Source: Antedon mediterranea (Eukaryota > Animalia > Echinodermata). From it: a stretch of DNA of 64,000 bases. The notes beneath the pieces are model-generated. The model had not been told where the DNA came from and made no database searches. It saw only the letters and a list, made by a program, of their open reading frames with translations. The first letter of the stretch is position 1, and each line of letters starts with the position of its first letter. Below, in pieces: positions 15,101 through 30,100 of the stretch. The stretch is from assembly GCF_964355755.1 (NCBI RefSeq), contig NC_092671.1:36342304-36406303 (forward strand), read 5' to 3'. Position numbers and translations under genes: made by a program.

Positions 15101-18100
15101 CTCCGGGGCATCCAATAATATCACAAAGCTCTCCTCTCCATCCTTCTGTACAATTACATTCTCCATTAATGATTGTTCCATGAAGAGAACACTCAGCGTC
15201 ACAACCTATACCACTCCAGCCATCTAAACATTTACAGAAGCCACTGTTTGGTGGGGTCTGTACACCATGCGTACATGGGTCTTCACACGCTGGCCCCATC
15301 CAACCTTTAGTACAATTGACACATATCGGCGGGTCAAAATCAGCACTGCATATTCCTCGGTCAGCACAGTCAGGGCTTCCAGCACAATCAGGATCTTCGC
15401 ATCCAATGCCTTCCCATCCACTATTGCAAGTGCACAAGGGTTGTGAACTATCACAGCTACCACGTCCACTGCAATCTAAGCCAAATAGTCCAGGACAACC
15501 AGGAACGTCACACAACTCTCCCTTCCAACCGGTTACATAATCACAAACACATTCATTGTCTATAATTTGTCCATGCTCTGAACATTCTGAATCGCAGCCT
15601 ACACCACTCCAACCCCTACTGCAGTTACAGAAACCACTGTTCATTGGCATTTGAATTCCATTTATACAAGGGTCATTACATGCAGGCCCCATCCATAATA
15701 GAATACAGTTTTGACATATTGGAGGGTCAAGGGTATCATTACAGATTCCACGATCAAAACAGTCAGGTTTTCCTGGACAATCAGCGGTAGCGCAATCAAT
15801 ACCCGTCCAGCCTGGGTAACAATCACACTCATGGATGGCGCTATTGCAGTCTCCATGCCCGGAGCAATCTTCATCTTTACCTGGACATCCAGGTATATCA
15901 CATAGGACTCCTCTCCAGCTGACATCACAATCGCATTCTGCATTTGCATCATTACATTGTCCATGACTAGAACATAAAACGTCACATCCTGATGCTGTCC
16001 AGCATGGATCACACAAGCAAAAACCACTATCAGCCGGTTCTTGATGTCCATTCTCACATATGTCATTACAATCTGGACCCATATAGCCAGCTGAACAGTT
16101 TTGACACATTGGTGGATGAACAGTAGAATTGCAAAATCCTCGATTGAAACAGTTTGGTTCTCCTGGACAATCAGGCTGAGAACAGTCATTTGCTGTCCAC
16201 CCAGGCTCACATATACACATGTGGATTGATGGATTACATATTCCATTGCCAGAGCAATCTTCAGTCTCACCAGGACATCCAGCAACTGTGCATAGATCTC
16301 CACGCCAGCTTTCATCACAGGTACATGTGTTATTAAAACAGATACCACGACTGTTGCATTCTGAATGGCAAAACTCACCCAGGTAACATGGATCACATTC
16401 ACACACATCTGACACACACTCTCCATTATCTGAACATGCAATTGAACAGCTGCTACCATGGAAACAAGGATCACATAAGCATTCACCTAACTGCGAACAC
16501 ATCCCATGTCCAGAACATGTTGTCTCCGCATCACACTCGAACTCACAGTAGTAGCCAACATATCCATCATTACACTGACAGCTTCCGTATTCAGTACACA
16601 CTCCATTACCATTGCACATTATGTCATCACATTTTATTTGACAAGCAAATCCAACATAACCAGACGAACATGCACAATTTTCGTCTTCATATGACCAAGT
16701 CCCATGATTACTGCATTGCTGACCTGAAAAGCATAATGTTCCATCACCCCCATCTTCAGATGATACAGCCGTGCCTCCGTCAACATACCTGTTGTTAAGT
16801 ACAACAGCATGTAGATATTCAGGAGAATATGCTGATATACGGCCACCGGCACCTCCCCCACCATAATGATGTCTAGTACTTGAATGGGAGTGTGTATGGT
16901 AGTATATATATGTATGGTAAGTGGCATCAGCACCATTAGCCTTCAGACTACCCCATCCTTCAATATAAAGTCCATCGACCCACAAAGAACCCCCACTCCC
17001 TCCTCCGGCACCAGCAGCCCCAGATTGTGCATTTGCAGAGACGAACCCTTCAAATTCAATCAAAGAACTTGCAATTAACTTTACAGCCCCTCCACCTGGA
17101 CCTCCATTATAACCATGACTATCAATACCTCCGCCACTGCCAACTAGGGTGTCCAAACAGTCAGGGCCATATTCTATTCCTCTGTTGTTATTACTACAAG
17201 TCCTGCCTCCTTCTGAACCATGCCCAGCTCCAGTACCTCCACCACATGTGTAACCATGTCCTGGTCCGCTAGCAGAAGAATAACCAACAAAATCAGCATT
17301 GATATTTCCAGATCGTTCTATTTTTCCACGATGAATATAAGCAACAAACCCATCTCCCACCGCAACACTGCCTGAGTGATCGATATTAAAAACTCTACTT
17401 CTTAACTGTATTGCATTATTGTTTAGATCTCGTACACCACTACCAACAATTTGTAATTTCCCACCGCTTCTAACTGTCATTGACTGCAGCAGATACTGCC
17501 CAACCTCATTACTGCTGCTTGAACAGTTGTTACAAACAGAATATCCAGAATGGTAAAGCCTTATCGAACCATGACAAATAATGTCTTCTTGTCCGTATAT
17601 ACCTCCAGCAACATCTAAGATAGCAACTATATCGGTAAATGGTGAAATTGTTAAAACACCTCCAATATTTACTTTGATGTTTGCCAATGGGCGTGTCCTT
17701 CTAAAGTGAACAAGGTGTAGATATTGTCGTGTTCCAATTGTTATCAAGCCTGATTTGTCACCTTCAATGTTTTGAATTGTGATGTTTGTAACTACAGAAA
17801 GCTAAAGTTAAATGAGAAAACAGAAGTATTAACACACAGATGCACTGTCTTGTTTACATAAGATAAATTTAAATAAGAGAGTTAAATTCAATGCATTTAT
17901 CATGTCTTTTCCATCATAACTAAGTTACCAAAACAATGAATTGAAATAAAAAATGACACACATCAAGTAATAAAAATAACAAAAACATGTTTGTAACACA
18001 TACCACTTTGAAGGAAACAGAAGCTTTTCCCTTAAGAGTGACTATGTCCAAAACATATACATCAGTAGCTGGTTCATCAAGTATTACTTGATATGTACTG

Positions 18101-21100
18101 GAGATATCTCGGTTCAAATTGTCCACATCCAGATATGTTTTTATATCACTCCCTGTTGTTACAGTCGTGTATAGTGTACCCGGTCCACCAAAGGCTGTAC
18201 CTGTTCCACCGGCTAAACTAACACTTCCTTTAAACAATGATGTTTCTGTCAAGTACATGCCTACACGGCCTCCACTTCCCCCTCCAACGCCTAAATAAAC
18301 ACACAATGTACACAAGTTATTAAAACATTGATCAATATATTATTTTACATATACACTTAAACTACATAATTGAAGGCAAACAGTTAAATATTTTTAGAAT
18401 CTATGATTAAGTTTAACTTTACATAAATTATTCACTCCAATCATTCAACAGTTAAAGTTAATTTCAACAGTTAGAGACTGGTTTCTATTGGAACCCTTCA
18501 AGGTAACATGGTTACCTCAAAGCTATACTGACTCTATCACAGTCACATCCCTTATATCAACCTATAGGTACAGTATCACAGTGAATGACAAATATGAAAA
18601 TACGATAGAAACAATTAGGCCTTGTACATACTATATGAACCAGACGGGTAACCATTGCCACCATTACAGCTAATAGATCCACGTCCATAGATATTTGGTG
18701 CGTCAATGTTGATACTTCCACCACTTCCTCCTCCACCATATCCAGTACCATTGTTTCCATCAGCACTTACTACACCATTGATTACAATGCCCTGTAAAGC
18801 CAAATCCACTTTTATGTTATGAATAGTACATTTTGAACAAATAGAAAAAAAAGGCAGGGTACTAGCACATACCTTATCACAACCTTTATTACTTTTCATG
18901 ACCATCTTTAAATGCCTAATGTAACGACTAAGCATAGAAAGGTAGTCTAGTTTCATTGTGACATGGCTTTAAACAAGTTAGCCATAACTGTGTGCCCAGG
19001 AAACCTTATTTAGGTAAATAACTAAGCATAAACTGGCCATAAAGCTCCTTAAATAGGGTTTTTACCCAGGTAATTACAGTATATTAGTACTTAATGTACC
19101 TTTCCTGAAAGGATGTTTATTGCTCCTCCTCCACTTCCACCTGTTGAGCCTCCACCACCACTTCCCGGATCACGAGGGTTGATAAACGAGCCGTATGGCA
19201 CTCCGCTGGAGGTTATGCTTGACCTGAGCCCACCTATAGTTATAAAAGATGATTTACTTTTAGAGTTTATTTTAATATTCATTTCTAAATAGAATACAAT
19301 CAAATAAATTATACAGTATAAATATACTATAAATACAGCTATGTATTAGCTAATAGTATATTTAAGCATCAATACAGTCCTGTAAGTTTTATAATATTCT
19401 GAAGAAATTAGGTTCCGATTTAAATGTTAAAATGTAAAATAAAATGTTAACTACCTGAAGAGCCATGTCCGGCACCTGTTCTATGGTATCCAGAAGTTGA
19501 CCCACTTCCAGGTCCTGTACCACTAATGTAACCATGCCCATTGGACTGTAATGTTCCACCGGATTCCACTGTGCAATCTCCCACTTGAAGTGTTGTCTGT
19601 TGGGTTTCTAAGTCAACATTCCCTCCCTTTCTAACAATGAACATACCAGTGTCCAATACTGGATGTATCGGATTAGTTTTAACCACAAGTTTACCAAGAT
19701 TATTGACTGTTAATTTTCCAAACACAAGCAACCCTGGAGTAAAAGGTCCAAATTCTACCTCTCTATACCATGTGTCCTTATCTTGGATATTATGAGTATG
19801 TGCCGCGTTACCAACAAATTGAATTTCAGCATTTCGCTCGACAAAACATTCCTGAACTCCGGTCAATCTGCCTTCCAATATGACTTTCTCACTTAGTACA
19901 TACAAAGTTGTCGGTAGCACTGCCTCACCTCCGGCATCTATATGGAACCCACAAGGTGCTTCAAGGTAGGTGTGAGTTGACTCTACAATGTCAACAAACA
20001 AGCGCTGTCGATCTTGCACTCTAATCAGTCCTTTCTTGTTGCCTGTAAGTTCATGGATCATTATCGTAACATTGTGCGCTTCTTCTGGGTGATAAAAGTG
20101 TACATATGAATATCCTTCAACTTGTACTTCGTCAAATTCATAAAACCATGTATCTTCTTCCATTACCATTACTGGATGGTCGACATCTATATCATGGTTA
20201 TCAATCTTAAGTTTGGAATGTTCTGGTTTAAACTCTGTTATATTACGTTCAGGATCTCTGTATTTCAATTCCCGGTATTGTGGACCACGTTGTGATTCGT
20301 ACTTGTAGACTGTTCCTGCAGCACCGTGTCCAATGTTCGTATTTGAACCACTATGGTATCCGCCTCTGGAAACAAACTTTCCTCCAAATGTGTTTTTGTG
20401 GATTATGTGTATACCCATTCTACCACCACTTCCTCCACCTCCATCATTAATCCCATTGCCCCCGTTCACATGGATTTCTCCATGACCTGTCATATTTATT
20501 GCTTCAATAAGAATACTACCTCCACTACCACCTCCTGACTTATCATTCACTGCATGCCCTCCACTTGCTGATACCAGACCATTAATATGTATCAATTTAC
20601 CAACTTTCCAATGCAACTTTCCTCCACCAGCTCCTCCACTTCCGGAACTGCCTGCTCCTCCACCACTCCCTAAATGCACTGGTGTAAATACAGATCCATA
20701 AGGCATGCCAAAACTACCACCAGGTACCTGTCCACCAACACCACCATAGCTGCCACCAGATCCTATTTCATTAACAGTTTGACCTGCTCCATCTCCACCC
20801 AATAAGCCTTTTCCATCAAGTAGAATTTTACCAGTACTTTCAACGTCAGCATTTCCATTCTCAATAAACCCGTGATTAATCAGCACAAGCCCTCCATACT
20901 TAATCTCAAAGAAAGCAACAGTAACAATCATATCATTATAGACATGTCTGAATGATATTTCACCGCCTTTCTTGACATACAGCTCCGGCATTGAAAAGTT
21001 TCCTTCGTCAGTTATATGTACATATTCTCTATCCTCTACAAGCGCTGTTTGAGCAGTTGAGGTATACTCAATTTGTGCACCATCTTCAATATACATGTCA

Positions 21101-24100
21101 TGAACACCTGTTGTTAATCCACTGATTTCTGTTCTAACACCATGAAAATGAGTCTCCGATGGCAAAATTATTTCACTGTTATAGTCTATTTTAAAGCTAC
21201 ACGGTGCTTCTGTTCTGTTGGATATTGATTCAACAACTTCAACATATAAAGTCTGGTTGTCTCGTAAGTGCAACTGTCCAGACCTATCACCAATAAATCG
21301 ATGGACCGTAACATTTACGTAGGAGTCATCAGGATGGTATATAGTCATTCTGGAAAATCCAGTAAGTTCAAGTTCATCAAGTTCGTACTCATAAGTGTTA
21401 TCTTCTAAGAGAACTGTTGCCACTGGAACATCATTACCATCATTATCCACATGTAAGTACTTATGATCAACTTCCAACAAATACATATCAGTTGATTTTA
21501 TGTATTTACGTATTCGATATTCTAATGGACGTAAATTTTCTTCTACGTAAGCAGTACCAGCAGCTGCTCCCCTCTCCAGCTCAAAGTTGGAACCCAAACC
21601 ACCTTTATCAATAAATTTACCACCATATGTATATCTCCATCTACAATGTATTGCAATTCTTCCTCCAGCCCCTCCACATCCATTGCCAATGCCATTACCT
21701 CCTTGCACTGAAATTACTCCATGTCCAGTGACATTTGTGGCTTCTATGAGAACACTACCACCACTTCCACCCCCTGCATTGCCATCAGTTCCTTTGAGTC
21801 CATCCAAGGATAATTTACCATTCAAATACAGAAAATGACTGACTTTCCAATGAAGTTGTCCACCACCAAAGCCACCAGAACCACTTCCATTGCCTCCTCC
21901 ACTTCCCATAGTAAGAGCCCAAAATATAGAGCCATGAGGTTGACTGACTAGAGAAATATTCTTACCACCACCTTCCCCACCATGCCCAGCACCATACCCA
22001 ATTGTGCCTATAGTGAAACCTGGACTCGGACCACTTTCAGAAGTATGACCATGTCCATCAAAATGAAATATTCCTTCACTTTCAACCCAACCATACGTTG
22101 AGAAAATTTCAGCATGGTTCATATACAGTACGCCTTGATATTTGACGCGTAACTCACTTGATTCCAATTTCATCGTATCAGTTATTCGTTGGAAGCCTGC
22201 AATGCCACCTTGCTTGATTGTAACTGTAGCAAATGAAAAATTACCTGGCGGTGTTTCATTAGTGTATGTTCTGTTTTCTAGTAGAGCAGTTTGAGCAGTT
22301 GAATAAAACTCCACCCAAGCCATATCCTCGATGTAGAGATGATGTACTCCGGTAATTAAACCAGCTAATGTAGTATTACTGCCATGGATGTGAAATTCAG
22401 TTGGCAAAACGATTTCAGCATATTGGTCAATTATATAGCTGCAGGGAGCTTCCGTTCTGTTGCTGATTGATTCTATGTATTCTACATATACCGTTTGGTT
22501 TTTTCTAATGTGAAGTTGTCCAGTACGATCACCAATGAATTTATGCGTAACTAGAGTGACCTCTACATCATCGCTTGGGTGATATATTAGAAGTCTTGCT
22601 GCTCCAGTTAATTCCATCTCATCAAATTCGTAATCAGTTAGATTTGCTTCCATTATCATTGTCGCAGTAGGAACATATTTGCCTACATTGTCCACATGCA
22701 GATAAGTGTGATCAACAACCAAGAATGTGGTGTTATATTTCTTACTGTATTTTTTCTCTCTGTATTGAACAGGTCTAAGATTTTCTTCAACATACACGGT
22801 TCCAGCTGCACCTCCATGGGTGTTAATGTTATTCCCTGTCCCATCTCCTCCATTATCCAAGAATGTTCCACCATATGAGTAATGCCACTTACAGTGAATT
22901 CCTACTCTACCACCAGCTCCTCCGCCACCTGACCCAATGCCGTTACCACCAGTAACATCAATTATACCATGACCTGTAAAATTAAGTGCTTCAATAAACA
23001 GACCACCACCACTTCCACCACCAGCATCGACACCACTACCATGTCCACCCTGTAATGCCAGCAGTCCATCTAACTCAAACCTATCTCCAACTTTAAACCA
23101 AAGGAAGCCACCACCATGTCCTCCAATTCCATTAGTACCATTTCCACCGCCACTTCCAAACCCACGTGGTGTATACACCGAGTTATACGGAATGCCTCCA
23201 TATGGATATTGTCCACCTCCTTGGCCACCATGTCCAGCACCTGTACCAATATCATTACTTGTGAAACCAGCACCAGGACCTTTTTCACTGATATGACCAT
23301 TTTCATTTAAATCAAACGTTCCTTCACTTTCTATGGTAGCATACGAGCATGCAATTTCAGCATCGTTCATAATAAAGTATCCTTCATATTTGACTTTCAA
23401 TATTGATGTTTCAATCTTCATGAAATCATGAATCTTTGAGAATTCTGCCAGGGAATTTCTTTCAACAGTTAAACTTCTAAAATTAAAATAGCCAGGTTTT
23501 GATATATCAACGTACTCTTGATCTTCTACACGTGCAGTCTGTGCGCTAGAATAGAAATAAACATTCGCTCCACTTGCCATCAACAGATCGTGAACTCCTG
23601 TTATCATGCCTGCCAATGTTGTTCGTGTTCCATACAAGTTTACTATTGCAGGAAAAACAATCTCCGCACCTTTGTCTATCTGGTAACTACATGGAGATAC
23701 TGTCTCATTAGTTACTGATTCCAGTACTTCAACATACATCACTTGATTTTCTCTTATATTGAAGAGGCCAGTTCTATCCCCAAGGAAAAGGTGAACGATG
23801 ACAGTGACATTAGGTGCTGTTGTTGGATGATGAATCCTAGCATTTGCATAACGTGTTATATGCATTTCATCCAGTTCATAAAAATCACTTTCTTCATCCA
23901 TCAACATTGTGAAAATCCATTCTGCATGCTGGTTTTCATTATCAATTTGTAAGTAGCGATGATCAGCAACAACAAATGATGTATTTGTAATGTCATTGTA
24001 TTTTATATCACTATATTGAGGACCTCTTGCTGTTTCTTCTCTATAACTTGTTCCTGCAGCACCAAAATTTGTTTTTGAATCACTTGATCCACCTTTTGAT

Positions 24101-27100
24101 TTAAAATGGCCGCCAAATGTAAACTTCTGCTTGGCATGTATAGCAATCCTTCCACCAGCACCACCATATCCATTGCCAACTACGTCACCACCATTCACAT
24201 TGATTTCACCATGTCCTGTAAAATTGGTGGTTTCTATTAAGATGCTACCACCACTTCCGCCACCAGATCCAGTGCCTGTACCAGATTGACCTTGAAGATA
24301 TATCAGTCCATCCATAGTAAATAATCTACCATTTCCCCAGTACAGCTTACCACCACCACTACCACCGATTCCTGATCCGTTTCCTCCTCCACTGCCAAAA
24401 TGTGTCGGTGAATACAAAGATCCATATGGACTGCCACCTGAAATAGGACTAGGAGCTCCACCATCCCCACCATGTCCTGCTCCATATCCTATATTACCTG
24501 AGGAATAACCTCTCCCAGGCCCACTTTCAGCTGCAAAACCAGTGTAATTTAAATTTAAAACACCTTGACTTTCTAAGATGGCGTCCCCTGTTTCAATACT
24601 GCCGTGGTTCATATTAACTTGCCCATGGTACTTAATCGTTAGTAAACTACATGTTATTGTTAAATCCTCTGTGGTCTTTACTAAGTCCAAAAATGAATCT
24701 TTTTGAATTGTAAGAAAACTAAACGATATATTCCCAGGTTCTGTCATTCTGAAATAGGTTCCATTTGAAATCAATGCAGTCTGTGTAGTTGAAGAACACG
24801 TCACGTCTGCTCCTCCAGCAACATGCAATTCCAAGACACCAGTCACCAATCCATCAATGATTGTTCTAGTTCCTAGAAGGAAAAGCCTTGATGGAAAAAT
24901 AACCTCTGCCCCTATATCAATCTTGAAACTAACAGGAGCAATCGTAAACCCTGACTGGGATTCTACATACTCAGAGTACAATTTCTGGCTTGTTCGTAAA
25001 TGTAACTGACCGGTTCTATCTCCAACAAATCGATGTACAACAAATGTTGCATTTCCCTCATGCAGCCACAATACAACATGGTTGTTCATCTCAAGTTCAT
25101 CGACCTCAAAGTATGTTCCGTTCTCGTTCATTATTACTGTAGGAAGATCATGGTTTCTGTTCAAATTATCTACATACAATTTTCTAAATCCATCTGTCCA
25201 CAGGGTCTCATTGAATTCATTCTGCGTTGCTTTTCGAAATCTTAATCCATCGTTTGTATCGGTATAATATACTGTTCCACAAGCTCCATTACCAGAATTT
25301 CCAAGACCACCGTAGGCGGTTAGGTCACCAGAATATTCCCGGAGCCATGACACGTGTACAGCTAGACGACCACCAGCTCCTCCGTACCCTGAATTATGAC
25401 CATTTCCTCCGTTGACAGATATTCGGCCATGACCAGAGAATAAAAGAGTTTGTATATAAACACCTCCTCCACTTCCTCCTCCATCATCAGTTCCTGTACC
25501 ATCTCCACCATTGTTGAGAATTTCGCCATCAATGTGGAGTGAATTCCCAACATGCATGGTAATAAGACTGCCTCCACTACCACCGTTGGTTCCTCCTCCT
25601 CCGCTACCCATATGAATAGGTTTAATGTATGAGCCATATGAGTATCCTATAACATTTTAAGACAAAATTACAGTGAATAGGATAAAAATGTATATTGTAA
25701 CATTATATTTTAAGCTGTAATCTTGTGATACAATTTCTTGCATGCTTTTCACTTCACTAAATAAATAAACGTTGATTGTTTATTTTACTATTTGCTATTT
25801 AGTTCTACAGTTAATAAATTCAGTTTTTTTTTATTTTAAACATGATAAATAATTTTGCACTTTCTAAATAAGCTTACCTATTGTTGTATTATTAATGTCT
25901 GTACCACCTCCAAAGCCACCATGACCAGCACCGGTTCCTTTACTATCCGGTTTGTGACCAGGTTGTTCACCTTGGCCAGCACCGGGACCTCTACCACTTG
26001 TCTGGAACTGGGCTTCTCCCTCAATATGGATGTTGTTAGCTAGGATATTGATGGATTGTGCAGAAACAAGAGATTTATAGCGAAGTATTATTTCGCTTAT
26101 CTGTAACAACATATGCTCTGGATACGTAAGTGTCGACTCTGATTCAAGTTTTAAAATTCCTAGTTGTAAATTTCCTGTTCACAGAAAATAAAACAAATAA
26201 TAACAGATGAATAACTTGTACTAGCAATTTCTATTAAAGCTTGGTTCCCACTAGAACGTAACGCAAGGACGTAAACGCAACGGAAGCGTTTTAACCAATG
26301 ACAAGCGAAGTTATAGACAGTTAGCAATCACAAGCGAATAAGCCATCGCTTGTGATTGGTCAATTCACTTGCGTTGCGTTACGTCCTTGTGTTGCGTCGC
26401 TAGTGGGAACCACGCTTTTGACAAATGTTGATAGTTGTTAATATCACCAATTTTAATTATAACATTAACATGACATGTTACACCACACATCATAAACTTA
26501 AATCTTAAATCCTTTGTCGATTCGATTTCTGTTTGTCATTTGCAGACAATTAAATGCATTTATGCAGCAGCAATTATATACATGAAACATGAAACTTTCA
26601 ATAAACCAATTATCGAGTACACACTTGCTACGTTTTGGCTATTTTCAGTAGCCTTGGTCACACAATTGACTCTGTGATGACCTGTCATGGCTCGGCGATT
26701 CGTGCCATCCCTCGACTGATGTTCAGCTTTCTGCTGATGTCCCCCTCTGGATGCCTGGGTGTTCCTTTTGATCATATCATCATAGATGTGGCTCGCTCAT
26801 GTCCTCAATAGCCAAAACGTAAGTGAGTACTTGATATTAAATTGTTTTATTGAAAGTTCAACCTTTTTATACAATATTATTTTGAAACCAGGAGTTAACG
26901 GTGAAGACTATTCCTTACCTTTCTCTGGTTCGAATGTGTAAGACCCATTGTTAATTTGCACAGTAGTAGCATTTGCACCAATAACTAACTCTTTCTGATC
27001 AGCGACAGTGAGGTTATAGACGCCAGTTAACCTCCCATTAAGAATAAACGGAGGATTTTTATCTCCGATTATTCGAAAATCTGAGGGAAGGTAGACTTCA

Positions 27101-30100
27101 CCGTCATTGTTAACATGGAAGTTCACAGGAGGAACAGAACGTCTAATTATGTCTTGGGAATATTCAATATAAAACGTCTGATCTTCTTGTATGTTGAACA
27201 AACTTGATCTGTCACCAAGAACAGTACCGATGGAGACTGATCTACTACCATTAAGTTCAAACGTAACCTACAAAAAAAAACAATTGCTACAGTTTAGAAA
27301 CCATAATTATTAGTATTTTAAAAATGTCTTGTCAGTACTTCAATAATTGGTCAAAAATAAATTTTAAAATGGAATCAGTGATTCTAAGGAATAGGAGTAT
27401 ACAATCTGGAAATTCTGAATGTTTTAAAATATCGTTCCTGTCCTAAAGTCAAATAGTATAATTAGTTTAAATAATAAAATATAAACCACTAACGTTATTT
27501 TGCAAAGTTAATTCTTCAAAGGCGAAATCAGCAAAGTTTGGTTCAAATACATCTTCACCCATCATTACTGGGTTGAATTCGTCCAGAATAAATGGCCATG
27601 GATGAACACTGTTCATTTCGTCTAGGTAAAGTCTACGATAAATTGTACCATTTCTTTGTTCTTCAACATAGATGGTGCCAGTTCCTCCGCCAGATGTCGT
27701 TGATTTTCCTTCAGCTCCAAACGCAATTAAAGCACCTCGATATTCATCTTGCGCGTTGACGTGAATGGCTATACGTCCACCAGAACCTCCACCAGCGTTT
27801 ACACCAGTTCCTCCTTTAGCTTCTATCTTTCCATGCCCACGAATATGGTCTAAGAAAACAACAAAATATTACTGTGATATTTAATTTTAATCAAATGAAG
27901 TTGTAAGTACATTTTAATTTATCATCTTATTTATCATTTATCTACATCTTGAGACAAACATTTCCTATTTCATTTGAAACAACATAAAAATGCAAGAAAA
28001 CTGTATACAGTACAGCTAAAAATTACTACAATATTTCCCAAGTTCTAACTTCATGGCTAAGCGTGGCTATGAGGTATTGTATTTTTTATCGCGATCCTAC
28101 TACGAAATACATTGTTTTTTATTTAAAATCCTATGAGAAGCATTGTTTTGCCATACATCTTATCACAGTGTCTTATAAACACCAATTTTATCAATTATCC
28201 AAGGAAACAATGATTGACTATACAGAAGCGATGTCCGATATATTTATTTAGCCTAGGGCCAGAGTCCAGCGATCAATTTAACCAAAATATGTATAGCTTC
28301 ATGCAAACCTGTAGTTATCCAAGTTGATCCACCACTTCCACCTCCTAGTGAGGTCACTGTTCCATCATCGGCATTGACGTTTATAATACCATCAAGATCT
28401 AGAATTGCTCCAACTAATATCCGTATTCTACCACCTCCTCTTGGCCCTGTCCCACTACCTCCAGCACTACCACCAAATATTGGTTGGTAAATTGAGCCAA
28501 ACGTCCTTCCACCCATTCTGCCATTTTTATCTAAAGTACATTACATTAAAAAGTTTACAGTACAGCATGGAAAATGTAATTTAAAAAGTTAAAAAAATAT
28601 GGAATAAATTAAAATTTATTTGAAATTACATAAAAGTAAGTGCACAGTAGTTAAACGTCACTTTATAGCAAGGAAAATGTAATTTAAAAAGTGAACAAAT
28701 ATGGGATAAGTGGAAATTTACTTGCAATTTCAGAAAATTGTATTAGAATGAAAGAATTTTTGTACTAAAGGTAAATTATTTATCTTCATACCTGATCCAC
28801 CAAATGAAGCATGTCCAGCCCCAGCCTCTGAATGACTTGATACACCTGGAGAATCACCAACTGGGCCTCTACCTTGGCAATTTAAGAGAGCGCCAGGTTC
28901 CAAGTAAAAGTCAGTTACATAAATTTCGAAAAATTCAGCAGTAAATTCTGAGTTTGATTTCATATCCTACATTACACAAAACAAGTTAGGCATTATACAA
29001 AAAAAAAATTATTATTTAATGAAATCACTTAAAAGAGATACTAAATTGATTGGAAGAACACACTAACTTTTGAATGAGTTTTCATTCTGGGAGATCATGA
29101 TGTCTGCATATAAGAGGTGTTCAACTACAGTATGTGATAATATGTTACACATACATATACAAACGTACTTGTTTTAAATGAAGAATAACAGCCATTAAAT
29201 ATCTAAAATGTACATTGGGTGTAATGATAAATAATAATACACATGTTGCATACTCACCAAAAAGCCAACTTCAAATGTGATTCCCAACGGTGGTGGAAAT
29301 GCAACCCTCGACTCAGCTCCAAATTCAAGATCTGAAAACTTAAAAGTTCCTGGTTCTTCTTCTACAACAACTTCATTAACCAAAAGTGAGGTGTGCGCAA
29401 ATTCTCCAATTAACGCTTGCCTTCTATATGCAATTCGCAGATTATGTACTCCAAATAGCTGTCCATTCCAGTCAAGGGCTGGGATTCCTTTACCAATTAT
29501 ATCTACAGTTTGTGCAAAATGCGCTGTGGCACCTGGGTCAATTTTATAATTCACTGGTGATTTAAGAACAGTTTTCACAGATTCTTCAACTTCAACTGCA
29601 TATGTCTGATTTTTAAGCATATGTACTACTGCTGTAAAATCACCATATAGATGGTGTATGACCATTTTCTTGCCAGTCATTTTCAATGCAGCATTTCTTG
29701 TCAAATGTATCTCGTCAAATTCATATTCTGTTATATTTGGCTCATCGATGATATGGTATATTTTCCAAGAACGATGTGAGTTATCAAGTCGCAGCTGAAC
29801 ATAAGTTTTGTACTTTTGTCTTTCGTCCTGAAGATAAACCGTCCCTGGACCACCATGTGATAGTTCATCTCCAGTAGGGCCACCCTCACCTCCATAGGCA
29901 TTGTATTCTCCTTCAAAATTATTTTTCATCGATGTAATGACCATTATACGGCCTCCAGATCCACCACCTGATTTTACTTTATTGCCATTTCCTCCATGAG
30001 AGGTGACCACACCATGCCCTTCCATTTCGATGGCCGATACCAAAATTCCACCTCCACTTCCACCGCCACCACTTCCGCTCAGATCTTTTGCTCCATCTGC

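Noticed and set aside
9950-16720. Naming the gene tenascin or teneurin
   Set aside because: EGFs are tenascin-type, but I see no FN3/fibrinogen or NHL/YD domains and the flanking domains differ
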